Part shown: positions 22,001 to 33,083 of the stretch, one piece after another
How the letters are laid out: each line of letters begins with the position of its first letter
How positions within the stretch are numbered: the first letter of the stretch is position 1
From: Dimargaris cristalligena
Taxonomy: Eukaryota
NCBI GenBank assembly: GCA_003614675.1
Contig: ML002335.1
Coordinates: 1 to 40,711, forward strand
Length of the DNA: 40,711 bases
Direction of reading: 5' to 3'
Made by a program: the position numbers and the translations under genes
Notes under the pieces: generated by a model
What the model was told of the DNA's origin: nothing
What the model saw: only the letters and a program-made list of their open reading frames with translations
The model's database searches: none

Positions 22001-22897
22001 GATTGATTGCGACTGGGAAACCAACGGATCTCTTTTTCTTGCTTACCCTTTTCCTTTGGCTGGTCTACACTCTCCCTATCTCTTCTTATTCAGCCGCCCA
22101 TTGGCGAAGTCCCTAAAAGAAGCCTCCGCCGAGTGCAAATGAACAGACCGAGCTAGCGAGAAAGGACAAGAGAAAAGAAAAAAAGAACCACCACAGCCTC
22201 TCTAGCATCTCTCCTTGAGCACAACAATCCTTTTCGGTGTGTACACACGCTGAAATCAATGATTTTGACTGGTTGGCCACACTCCCGGTCAGACCTATCC
22301 CTCGAATATAAGAGGGTATTGTAGGAGGTATATCCATAGGAAAGGGAAGGGAGGTGTATAAAACAACACAACCCTCACCCCAAAAGTGAATGGCTCAATC
22401 ACAATAAAGCATTTTTAATCATGACATCGTCCCACCTGGAAGCTCCCCACACTCCCCCTCAACCCTTTCCACCCCTCCCGCCAGCGGTTGGGGAGCATAG
22501 CGAAATGAAGTGAAGCCAGGCGGATTCGGACAGAGTTGGTCCAAGACTGCTTACCACACAGAATGAAACACATGGCCGCCTACACACGCGTGTTGGGATA
22601 AGGAAGGTAGGTTGGCAGCAAGAGAAAAAGAGAGAGAGAGAGCCCCAAGGGAACAATAGTGGTGCAGTTAGTGGCCGTGGGGTTCGCTTAAACGGAGGGA
22701 GAGGGCTATACCTCTCCACTCCTCCTACTGGCCGTTAGTGAGAGGGTATAGAGTGGAAATGGGAGGGCCTCGGCAACCCCGCTTCACTTACAGTTGGTCG
22801 CGCAAACGGCAGAAACGGGGCGGTCCTTGTAATGGGGATTGGTGAGAGACTCGGATGGGGCCTGGCCCAGCAGCTCGTAGCATATGGTGCAGGGCAT
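19079..22897 (-). CDS. TRAIP: TRAIP-like RING-H2 E3 ubiquitin ligase; exons 22897-22792, 22579-22555, 21921-21759, 21071-20872, 20658-20527, 20334-20226 and 20074-19079 (about 576 aa)
   Basis: All six introns are GTAAG..YAG with consistent phases. Spliced protein: MPCTIC...ATNCGHVFHSVCLINWLE...KCPVCK, then a coiled coil, a low-complexity tail, FDGMGGTKV and C-terminal QMTLADLL. Confidence 0.8.
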
Positions 22898-23020
22898 AGC
22901 TAGTAATAAGGTATGGTTAAGGAGCTACTGAGTCTATGCGGTTGTAATATAGATAGATAGATATAAAAGAGAGGTGGCTGCGGAATAAAAGAGATATCCC
23001 GTGTAATGAAATGAAACCCT

Positions 23021-23107
23021 TAGTAGAGTCGATGGTGATGAGATGTATATAGTAGAGTCGATGGTGATGAGATATATATAGTAGAGTCGATGATGATGAG
23101 ATGTATA
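23021..23107. repeat. 29-bp minisatellite, 3 copies, upstream of the TRAIP-like gene
   Basis: tagtagagtcgatggtgatgagatgtata at 23021, 23050 and 23079, with one substitution each in copies 2 and 3. Confidence 0.92.
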
Positions 23108-23270
23108 TATGGTAGAATCAATAAGTCCAAGTAATAATAACCAATGTCTCAGGAGAGAAGCCAAGACGATTACTGCAACCTTAGGGTTGGGTTGGGGAGC
23201 AGCCGCGGGTGGTTAAATACCCCTTGGGAACGGCCTGGTGAGAATTAGGAGGAGCAGATATGTAAGGGGT

Positions 23271-23274
<4 letters not shown>

Positions 23275-23307
<33 letters not shown>

Positions 23308-23409
23308 TGATTATCCTAGTAGAGTGGACTGGAGAGAGGGCGAACAATGAGGAGCCCCCCCCCCCAGTGCCCCCCCAGCCGGACGGGAGAATACCCAACA
23401 ACAAGATTC

Positions 23410-23442
<33 letters not shown>
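23275..23442. repeat. (GA)n tract and (TC)n tract in complementary orientation
   Basis: GA run at about 23275-23299 and TC run at about 23411-23442. Confidence 0.8.
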
Positions 23443-23445
<3 letters not shown>

Positions 23446-24468
23446 TCCCCCACAGTCATTAGTGGGTCCAGTGCCACAAGGTAAATCTCTATAATAATGA
23501 TACGAGAGGGTAAGTCCAAGAATTCATTTCACACGACCAATAATAAATGAAAAGATACTTGTGGAAAAGGAAAATGAAAAAGACATTATCCCCAAATCCA
23601 TTCAAGGCCCCTTTTATACCAGTCGGCCCCAAACACAAATTCCCCAGCAGTACATGCCCAGTCGACAAGGAACACGACTTGCTAACCCTGAAGTGGTATC
23701 AATACGTGTATTTGCTCTATTAACCCTATAGGCCTTTTCTGACCAACCGTAGAATTGTACCCCCCTCCGCCAATCCACAAGCGTCAGAGTAACCTTAAAT
23801 GGGGAAACCCGCGGCCATAGCCTCCAAGGCGAACTCTCCCCCTCTTTAACCCCCAACTACCTGTGATATACCCAGTCTAAAGGGTACATCATAGTCTCGG
23901 ATTGGGTGGCGGCACTCTTCTCTCCAAGTGGAAGTACTTTTCTCGGGATTGGGATGGTGGTGATCGATTGAATATATATCTGAATGTGAATGTGAAAGGG
24001 TGGGTACATGTCCAGTCAGTAGAGGTTGGCCGATTCACCTTTAACACTCCTCATTCGCCCTAATTTAGCCAGTCAGTGCCAGATTACATTTATGCCTCTC
24101 TTGCTCTTTGCAAACCCAACCAGAAAAGAACTTTACCACACTCATACTCCAATACTTCACACCCATTCATCACCCAAGTCGTATATCATTCAATGGAAAG
24201 TGGGGGTTGGACTGAAATCCGACGACCGGTATTTAGCACACCAGGCCAGGCTGCATTCTTCTTATATATATATAACTTTTTTTAAGAAAAAACCCCCATA
24301 CATTATTCACGGAAAAGTACATTTTATATTTAGCGGATATTAAATTCAACCGGATAAGTAAGAAGAAACGGTGCCTCTCAAAAATCGGGCTGGTTGGGAT
24401 GGAAAATGCAGATCCCCCACCAGCCATCGAACATAGAGGCATGGGCCAGTAGTTATTGGTGATAGAAA

Positions 24469-26143
24469 TCACTTCCGGCGCTTCATGCCCCACTTCATGA
24501 TGGGCACACCATCCGAGTCTTTCTCGACTATGATCTTTTCGCCCTTATCCTACCGATATCCCAATCAATCATTATTATTTTTTTAAAAAATATATATAAA
24601 TACATATTACCCAAGGCAAGGAATTCATACAATGGAGGTTAATCGTACTGTCGGGAATCAAAACGACCCGGACCATTAGCCCCAGATTCGGCGGGGTAGT
24701 AGGGGGTGGGCTATTATAACCAAAGGCTTGGGGAGTTGATAAAAAAAAACACCATAAACATACCTTCTTGTGCATAATGGCAATCAGTTCCTTTTCAGCC
24801 AGCTTCATCAGACTCAGCCGGTCGAGACGCGAATCCAATTGCTCGAGCATTGTAAGGCGCTTCTTGGCGTTTTTCTGGATTAAAAATAAAACAGTAGTAT
24901 AAAATACAGGCAAAGGTAAATTCCGAGTTAGAACGGTACACTGAATAAAACCGCCAGTGGGGAGGAGGAATATAGAACAGTTCATGACAGCGGAGGTTTG
25001 TTTGTTTGTTTTTTTAAAAAAATAGGGAAATTTAGAGACACGCCGTGAATCCAAACAGAAACCCGCCTAATCAAAATTGTAACCATAGTCATCCTTGATC
25101 ATAAAAATAATAAACATAGTCATCCTTGATCGGAACTTACCTGGTAGAATTTTTTGGAGACCTTTACGGATTCCTCCTGGAGCTGGGCCATGGTAGGCCG
25201 GTTGAATTTCCGTCCCATCAGCTCAGCGGGAGTATTGAAATATTCGGAAGGATTGAATTCAGCCACCTCCTCTTCGGTATCCACGAACACCGTGTGTTTC
25301 GTGTTACTCGAAGCTTTGGCTGGGTTGGCATAGTCATTTTTACCACCCTCCATCTGTTGATCTAAAAAGTGGATGGACTCCCGAAGCGAATCAATTTGCT
25401 ATGCAATGCAGTAACAAGTACATACATACAAAGGTGCCAACATGCCACGGAACAAGCAACGTAACCCCCCCCCCCCAATAACCATAATAATCAAATGAGT
25501 ATATCAATCAATAAAGGAGGTTAGTAAACAGGCATTCGTACTCAATTGAAGTAATATCGAAAACATCGAAAGAAATGGCAGTGGTGATAAAATAGACGAA
25601 CTTCGACTTACCTTGCGCTCAAACTGAATATGGCTGTTGATTTTGGCCCGATCTTGAGACCGTAAAATGGCCAATAACTCCTCGGATTGTTCTTTGCCTC
25701 GAGTAACCACATGTTTATCGTCCTAACGGCGGCATATAATTCAATTATATATATATATATATATATATTCCAAAGCGGTGAGCACAATAGTTGACAGATA
25801 CTAATAACACCCCACTTCTCCTCAGCTAAAAGTATAGCATACATGTGCTCTTCCATAGCGATGGTATTGTATCAAACAGCAGCCTTCCGCATTGAATAGG
25901 CTAAACTTTAGGACCCAGCTCTCTTACCTTGAATTCGCCCTTCAGCATAGTCCGGGTGAACTCGTCGGGATTGCGTTCACGGGCTTGCTTTTGCAACGAC
26001 CGGATCTTCTTGTTCTGGGTATGGGCATTCCGGGCGCGCAGCAGGTAATCCTTCTTCTTCTCGAGCAGCCCAAACTGGGACCGGTTCTTGAGCTGACCAC
26101 GCTCCTTGTAGTCGGGTCGCTGAATGACATTGCGGAGACCCAT
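24469..26143 (-). CDS. UTP11: U3 snoRNA-associated SSU processome protein Utp11; exons 26143-25928, 25722-25612, 25398-25141, 24874-24764 and 24549-24469 (258 aa)
   Basis: YKERGQ..R..FGLLEKKKDY..RA, RNPDEF, KHTVFVD, YFNTPAEL..R.FNRP and terminal KW..KRRK are present. Four phase-0 GT-AG introns give a continuous frame. Confidence 0.95.
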
Positions 26144-26615
26144 GGTTGAAGACTGGGGGGGGGGGATCGTGCGTATGGGGAGAGTTGACAAGGTAGCAAC
26201 CGAGCTGTTTTCTCTATCAGGGTGACTCGTATAGAGTGGGAGGCTTTCAGGGGCAATTTAGAACTGAGAGGAAATGAAGGTAGAGGGAGTATTTTAGCTG
26301 AATGGAAAGAGCGAAGGCTAGTGCACCAAGGGAGAGGACTCTGGGTGCGTATAAGGGAATTGTGTAGCTGCTGTAGAAAGTAGTAAAAGGTGCAAAACCG
26401 ACCATTTCAAGGGGGGAAACTAGAGTAGTTCACAAGGCCAATTCTCTCATTCGGCGGCAGGCCTCCGCTAGTCTTTTACCCGCTTTCTATTTTATTTTTT
26501 TTGTCTCGGGCATCACTCTCCTCTATATATTCCACAGGATGGCATAACATGGTGAACATTAGTCACATGACCAACCAGCCAGATGTCTAGAGGGGGATTG
26601 ATTGGCCGCTATACA

Positions 26616-26759
26616 ATATGGATGAAATTCAAACCAGCTGTATAAGGTTCTATATAATACGTGTATGTGCGAATATATGGGAGAATAGCTTTTAACCAGT
26701 AATATTGGCCTCATCCAATGGATTTTTCGTTAAACAGCCTGAATGAACTTCTCCCATAT
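26616..26759. mobile_element. 144-bp MITE-like element, copy A
   Basis: About 30-bp imperfect terminal inverted repeats. By hand alignment it matches the reverse complement of 32306-32449 at about 131/144 positions with no gaps. Confidence 0.75.
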
Positions 26760-27303
26760 AAAATAGTGGGAAAGAGTTTAAGTGGGTGAAGTTCATTCCA
26801 GCTGTCTAGGAGGGATTGCAATATATATTATGGCTATTGTAATTATTTGAAGAATAAAAGTAAAGGCCTCAAGTTTTATTATTTATATATAGCCACCACC
26901 TCTATTTAATCAACTCTATCTAGGAAAAATATTCAACTATCGCATTTTATGATTCTAGATATTCCCTATAGTATGCTATGGAATACAATCACTACCTATT
27001 TTCCCGTTTACGGTTCATTTCAGAACCTATCCAACTGGCTTGGACTTCGGGTCCGGGTGTCCCCGTCACGTAATCATTTTTATTTCCCGGGATTTGATCA
27101 AATACCACCTGAACCAGGCACCGGAGAAGAATAGATTCCACAGTCCCACTCAACTCACTAAGTATGTATAATTTATTATATTCGGGGGTCTATGGAAAAC
27201 CTGATTGAGAAACAAACAAACAACCAATCAAAAAAAAAACACGCTACAAACCATTGGCGACTATGGCTGACGATCACACCGCTCACCTGTTGCGTGGCGT
27301 AGC

Positions 27304-28905
27304 TTAGTAATTAAAGACGAGACTGCAGCCGTCGTCCGATCCAGTGACGACGGTACGTCCGTCCCGAGTTTGGGCAAAGTCTAAAATAACATCCTCATGA
27401 CCGACCCATTTTTGCTCGCACTGGCCTGTCCGGGCATCCCATACCCGAACCGTACCGTCGCCCGAGCTGGTCGTCATCAAAGGGGAGGTGGCGTGCCACT
27501 GGAGTTTGGTGACCGGGCCCTGTTAACAACATAAGGAATGGGCGCCATGGGGGGGGAGAGGGCAAGCCATAGTAGAGTTAGTAAGCAGTATAAAGTATGC
27601 TATAAGAGAAGGGTGGTGGAGGATGGACGTCGTATAGCGTACATCGTTAAATAAAGAGGGTGGCGGGACTTACATCATGTCGGACCGTTTGCCGGAGACG
27701 GAGGGTTTGGGTATCCCAAATGTTGACGGTGCAGTCGACCGAACCGGTGGCGGCGAAGGGAAGGACGGGTGAGAAGCCCACCGTTTCAATCGATTCGGTA
27801 TGGCCACCGAGGGAACCCACGATATTCCCGTTCTGGATATGAACGAGGCGGGCGGTGTGGTCACTGGACCCCGTCATGGCCAGGGTACTATCGGCGGTAA
27901 TCCCCACGCAGGTGATGGTTTCCGAGTGGAACCGGGCATCGTCGGCGCCGGACAGACGGTGGATAGCCGAGGCCGTTTTCGGGTCCCAAATGATGAGGGA
28001 GCCATTATCAGCGCCGGACACAATCGTTTTCCCGTCGGGCGTGAATTTACCGCACGTGACGGACTCGGCGTGCCCGGAGAAGACCTGCATGAACTGGCCC
28101 GAGGGGAGCAACCACATCCACATGGTACCGTCGGCCGACCCGGCCAGGAGGATATTCCCTTTACCGTGCCATTCGATCCAGTTGACATCCGCGGAGGGTC
28201 CCTCCAAAGCGGCGGTGAGCTGTCCCGTGGCGGTGGCCCACACCCGCACCTGGCCGTCTAAACCCGCCGCCGCCATGAGACTGCCGTCCACATTAAAACC
28301 CACGGCCGTTACGGAATCCGTGAAACCATCCAGAGCGTTGCCGGGATGAACCGCTTCGCCCGTGTCCCGGCGCCACAAGTACGCCTTGTCGTCGCCTCCG
28401 CCGGTTAGCACGAGGGTGTCGTCGGTGGGGTGCAAATCGACGGAATAGACGGGTTCCTTGTGGGCAAAAAACCCCTGGACGGAATCGTCCTTGAATTCCA
28501 GTTCGTTGTTGCCATTGTCCTCGCCGTCCGACTCGGAAATGTAGTTGGGATCGTCCGTGGGGAGGGGCTCGAACTCATCGGCAATTTCGTCTGGTTCAAG
28601 GTGCTCGGGGGCTCCTTCGGCCTCGGGCGACATGCGCTGCATGGGTGGGAATTGGGTGCATAAGAGAGTGAAATGTAATATATAGGGTGGGGGGGGGAGG
28701 AGGAGACAGTTAGAGGGTGCTCTAATCAGAATTTTCGATTAGAGAGGGGGTCACAACAATCAGCCAGGCAGTATAGTGCCTTTTTTCCGGGGTTTGATAA
28801 GAGGGGGGGGGTCCTCCTTGATCGCAACGCAGGTATTTCACCCCAATTCGAAGGGCCAATGCCTCGGCGCATGCTTACCTCATTGTCAGTGTCCATGGCA
28901 CTCAT
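27304..28905 (-). CDS. SQT1: WD40 ribosome assembly chaperone Sqt1/AAMP; exons 28905-28879, 28636-27674 and 27519-27304 (about 401 aa)
   Basis: Acidic N-terminus; DDSVQGFFAHKEPVY, TGGGDDKAYLW, WIEWHGKGNILLAGSADGTMWMW and TCGKFTPDGK; eight WD repeats. Phase-0 introns GTAAGC..CAG and GTAAGT..CAG. Confidence 0.93.
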
Positions 28906-29864
28906 GGTATGAATTTGGGAATCTTCGGGGAGGGTAATTTAAAAAGACGAGGAAATGCGAATGGGGGACGCTTGAATGTAAAAAATGCGACAATAGCTAA
29001 AGCCGAATTGGTCGGAAGTACCAAGCTAAAGCAGAGCTACTGTAATATGGGTTCACTGCCCTCCCAGTCTCGTTTTGACCAGTGAGCGAAGAAAAAAAAT
29101 AGGATTAGTAATTTATGTATATATTTTTATACACATACCTTGTTATTAAGCACGAATCGTTTTCTATCCCGAGTTGCCCAGTATTCGGATGATTAATCCA
29201 GCCAAGTCAGATTCGATACATGACGCCACTACAACCGTAGGGGAGAGGAGAACCACAGCGCCGTGCCCCTTCCTCCCCCCACCCGCTACTAAACCCTAGT
29301 TATAGTAGTGAAGTTCCAAAATTCGGATACTAGAGTGATTCCCGAATTGTTTTCGAATGAAGAGGGGTTTTATCGGGGGAATTGTCGGCCACCACGGGCT
29401 TTATTTAAAAAGAGATGGGTGCCTTTCCCCCCGTTTCCACTTGTGGTGCGCCCCATGGCTCTAGCTGCAGTCAGGGCCACAGCAATCATCTGCCAACGCA
29501 ATATTGTTTATTCCCTGGCTGCCAGCAGCCATACAACGTTGGTTTCCCCTGGTCAGCAGCTGTGGAAGCGGTTCATTAACCAGCCTCTACAGTGGTCCCC
29601 GGCCTAGTCCTTTAACAGTGTAATCTATAGCTGTGGAGTTTTGTTTTGGCTAGTTCTAAACTCCTCCTCCCCCGCAGACTTCTTGTAAGCCCCTCTCATA
29701 TATTACGGGTGAGGGTTGTTGGTCTTTGGCACCAAGGCTCCCCCTTTGCCTGTTTCAGTTGACCTCTTTTCAGCATGGCTTGGCTTGTTTTTCTATCTGA
29801 CCATTGCCGTATTCTATCTTCTTCTCCCTTTCTCCTGTACCCCTACAGCACCACCACCAGAGCC

Positions 29865-31835
29865 ATGGCCCGGGTGGAGGACCAGTACCAAACCCTGGTG
29901 CACTTGGCCGCCGTCTTCTCCAGCCTTGCCACTCTCATCTCCCTATGGAGCATGTGGAACCACCTGAAGCTCTACCACCAGCCGGGGCTCCAGCGCTGGG
30001 TGATTCGCTTGTTGTGGATGACCCCCGTCTATGCCCTCACCTCCTGGGCCAGTCTGCAGTCCATCGACGCCGCTTACTACCTCGACACCGTCCGGGACGT
30101 GTACGAAGGCTTCGTCATTTACTCCTTCTTCAACCTACTGGTCAGCTACCTGGGCGGTGAGCGGGCCCTGCTGATTATGTTGCACGGTCGGCCGCCTACT
30201 CCGCACATGTGGCCCGTCCACTACTGGGCCCGGCCCATGGTCGTCGGCGACCCCTACAGTTTTCTGTTCCTCAAGCGTGGTATCCTCCAGTACGTCTACG
30301 TCAAGCCCGTCCTGGCCATTATCACCATGTTGCTCAAGTCCAACGCCGTGTACGAGGACGGCAACTTCGCCTTGACCAGCGGCTATTTCTGGGTCTCCTT
30401 CGTGTATAACCTGAGCGTCTCCTGGTGTTTGTATTGCTTGGCCATCTTCTTTATGGCCACCAAGGAGGACCTGCAGCCTTTCCGGCCGTTCCCCAAATTC
30501 CTCTGTGTCAAGGCCATTCTGTTCTTTTCGTTTTGGCAGAGTTTGGCCATTTCCGTGATGGTCTCCCTGGGCGTGATTCAGAGCACCGATACCCTGACTA
30601 CGGAAAATTTATCCGTTTTTTTGCAGGACTGGCTCATTTGTCTGGAAATGGTGTTCGCCGCATTGGGCCATTGGTATTCCTTCTCCCACCACGATTTCAC
30701 CCCCACCCAACGCATCAGCGCCCGGATGCAGCTCAAGTACGCCTTCCGGGATGCCGTGGGGATCAAGGATATCATCGTGGATTCAGTAGATACCTACACC
30801 GGCCACGGCTTTACTTACCGGGCCTTTGACTCCATTGAATCAACCCGCCCCGCCGGGGAACGCCCCCAGATGCACCCCGGCGACCAAAACCGGCTCATGG
30901 CCGGCATGCGCTACACCCGCGGCGGAACCGGAAAATACTGGTTGCCCGTGGATGCCACGGGTGAACGCCGCGTGCACCGGCACCGGCCCCAACTGCCCCG
31001 GCAGTCCCCCCACTTCCGCCCATCCACCACTCGCCTGCATTCCGACCGCACTCCCCTGTTGTTGGCCATCGATATGCCCGGTGGTTACAGCGCTACCCCT
31101 CCCGAATCGCCCGTCCCTCCCGGCTACCCCCGCCGCTCCTCCAAACACTCCATCCGATCCCCGGACACCATTGGTCCCCCCCCCTCCTCCTCCGGCTGGC
31201 CGCACCCTAAAGGCGCTATCCCCTCCTCCGATAGTACCCGGAGCCCCTCCCCCGAACTATCCACGGCCGGGGGTCTGGTCCCTAACCCAAACCAGGATTT
31301 GAACTTGACCATTTTCGAGGACCTCGATGATCCATCTAACCAATACTTCGAGGCCTTGTTCGATGCTGCCATGGAATTGCCCGCCGAAGGGGACGCCAAT
31401 TGTCCCGTCATTGATTCGTCTACCTTACCCCGCTCGGCCTACACCCTCCCCACTCGGCTCGGTCGATCCCACCGTCGACGCCACCCGGTACGGTCTCGGA
31501 GTATCTCCCGCCAGTCCCGGACGAGTAGTCGGCCCTCAAAACGACCGGCTTCGCGATCCGGACCCCGGCGACCCGCGGGTTCCCCCACGACCGCTGAAAC
31601 GCCGCCGGCTTTCCGGCCACCTAGTGGAAGTGGAAATGGAAATAATGGTGGTAGTAGCCATGTTCCCGGTCCCGTCTTGAGCGGCGTGGCGGCTCCGGCC
31701 GATTCGGAAGAAACCCCGCCGTCGGTGCCTGATCTACCCGAGTCCGTGTGGGGTTCCCCGTCGAACATCGGCGTTGGAGCAAGGGTGAGCACATGGGATA
31801 GTGTGAATGATTTTTATAAGGGTCCTATAATTTAA
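29865..31835 (+). CDS. HFL1: TMEM184/OST-alpha family vacuolar membrane protein (Hfl1-like)
   Basis: QRWVIRLLWM.PVYA, RDVYEGFVIYSF, KRGILQYVYVKP, KFLCVKAILFFSFWQ and QDWLICLEM; long disordered tail. The ATG at 29865 follows a probable 5' intron (GTAAGC at 29685, CAG at 29848). Confidence 0.9.
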   Translation: MARVEDQYQTLVHLAAVFSSLATLISLWSMWNHLKLYHQPGLQRWVIRLLWMTPVYALTSWASLQSIDAAYYLDTVRDVYEGFVIYSFFNLLVSYLGGERALLIMLHGRPPTPHMWPVHYWARPMVVGDPYSFLFLKRGILQYVYVKPVLAIITMLLKSNAVYEDGNFALTSGYFWVSFVYNLSVSWCLYCLAIFFMATKEDLQPFRPFPKFLCVKAILFFSFWQSLAISVMVSLGVIQSTDTLTTENLSVFLQDWLICLEMVFAALGHWYSFSHHDFTPTQRISARMQLKYAFRDAVGIKDIIVDSVDTYTGHGFTYRAFDSIESTRPAGERPQMHPGDQNRLMAGMRYTRGGTGKYWLPVDATGERRVHRHRPQLPRQSPHFRPSTTRLHSDRTPLLLAIDMPGGYSATPPESPVPPGYPRRSSKHSIRSPDTIGPPPSSSGWPHPKGAIPSSDSTRSPSPELSTAGGLVPNPNQDLNLTIFEDLDDPSNQYFEALFDAAMELPAEGDANCPVIDSSTLPRSAYTLPTRLGRSHRRRHPVRSRSISRQSRTSSRPSKRPASRSGPRRPAGSPTTAETPPAFRPPSGSGNGNNGGSSHVPGPVLSGVAAPADSEETPPSVPDLPESVWGSPSNIGVGARVSTWDSVNDFYKGPII

Positions 31836-32305
31836 TCCCCCCTTCTCTCCCCTTCTTCATCCACCAATCCCAAGTTTGTTTTTTTATTAGTATTATTATT
31901 TATTTTTGCCCAGGGTGAGCTTGGCCATATCTATTTATCCGCTTTTTCATTCCTTCATTATTTCTTTCTAGATCACATTAACTAAGCTGGCCGGTTTTCA
32001 AATGATGAGCGGGCACCATACCCTTATTGTATTCCGTGGCCCTCTTGGCCTATGGCCGATACCAAGGGCCATTGAGTTTTGGTTTTTGTGGGTGAATGAA
32101 GGCACATCTTCTTTGGAGTTTTCTGTATTGCTTTTTTAATATTCTTCATTCCCTGTCTCCTTTATCGCCGCCACCATGGGCTATTCATTTTCATTCAATG
32201 TATTTTATTTTCCAGAGATTATTGTCCAGGGATACAGTTTCGGTTATTATCCCGCGCATTAGAACCTCATTAAAGTTTACAGTACCCGGAATGCAATGTG
32301 CCTTT

Positions 32306-32449
32306 ATATGGGAGAAGTTCAATCCGGCTGTATAACGAAACATCCATTGAATGAGGCCAATATTACTGGTTAAAAGCTGTTCTCAAATATATTCGTCCAT
32401 ACACGTATTATGTAAAACCTTATACAGCTGGTTTGAATTTCTTCCATAT
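32306..32449. mobile_element. 144-bp MITE-like element, copy B (inverted relative to copy A)
   Basis: TIRs atatgggagaagttcaatccggctgtataa and ttatacagctggtttgaatttcttccatat, 26/30 complementary. Confidence 0.75.
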
Positions 32450-33083
32450 GGTGGGCATTGGACTTGTAATGCGACCATGGGTTACAGTTTACTTTTGTTT
32501 TGCAATAATGCCCAAGGATTATTGATGAATGGGGTGGGCCTACGGTGCACCGTACAGAAATACCGGGTTATTTATACTTTTGGGTTCACTTTTGACTAGT
32601 GCTCGGCTTTGGCATACCCTTCGCTGGCATGAAGTGGGCTCCGAAAGGGCATCCCGGAGAAATAATACATTGGGGCCTGGTTTTAAGAAGGGTAACCGTG
32701 GATTTGGGTAATCACGTGGCACTTATTTGGTCTGGGTGAGCGGACTTTGGCTGGAGGCTGTTATTTGGGAGAGGTGTGGCGGGAGCAGGCCCTGGGCCAT
32801 CAACTAACCAGACAATTGGCTGGATCACACATACAGCAACATAATCGTTTGTCCCTCTGCTACTACTGAGTCTAGGCGGAGCTGCTGTGGTGTGGATGGC
32901 GCTCAGTAGGCAAGACGTGTCCTAATCCTGATTGAGGCCTCACCCATCCCCTTCTCCTCCTTAGCACATCCGGTCATTCCTTTCATCCTCCTATTTATTT
33001 AGCTTCCTTTAAAGTACTGGCGAGCAAAAGGGTTCTTCGAGTTCTCTGGCCTTTGTCCCTCCCCTCCCCTTTTTGACTCCATC

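Noticed and set aside
22041..22050. GTAAGC donor-like site inside TRAIP intron 2
   Set aside because: Using it would replace a RING cysteine codon; the micro-exon at 22579-22555 joins correctly without it.
23021..23107. CRISPR-like appearance of the 29-bp repeats
   Set aside because: Head-to-tail units with no spacers, eukaryotic context and no cas genes.
25084..25131. 17-bp direct repeat catagtcatccttgatc in a UTP11 intron
   Set aside because: Simple local duplication; no snoRNA box architecture recognised.
26559..29299. Homol-D-like TAGTCACA (26560) and telobox-like AAACCCTA (29291) upstream of UTP11 and SQT1
   Set aside because: Single short or imperfect matches, expected by chance.
29775..29864. 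Upstream ATG extension of HFL1
   Set aside because: Lies mostly within a probable intron (donor at 29685, CTGAC branch site, pyrimidine tract, CAG at 29848).
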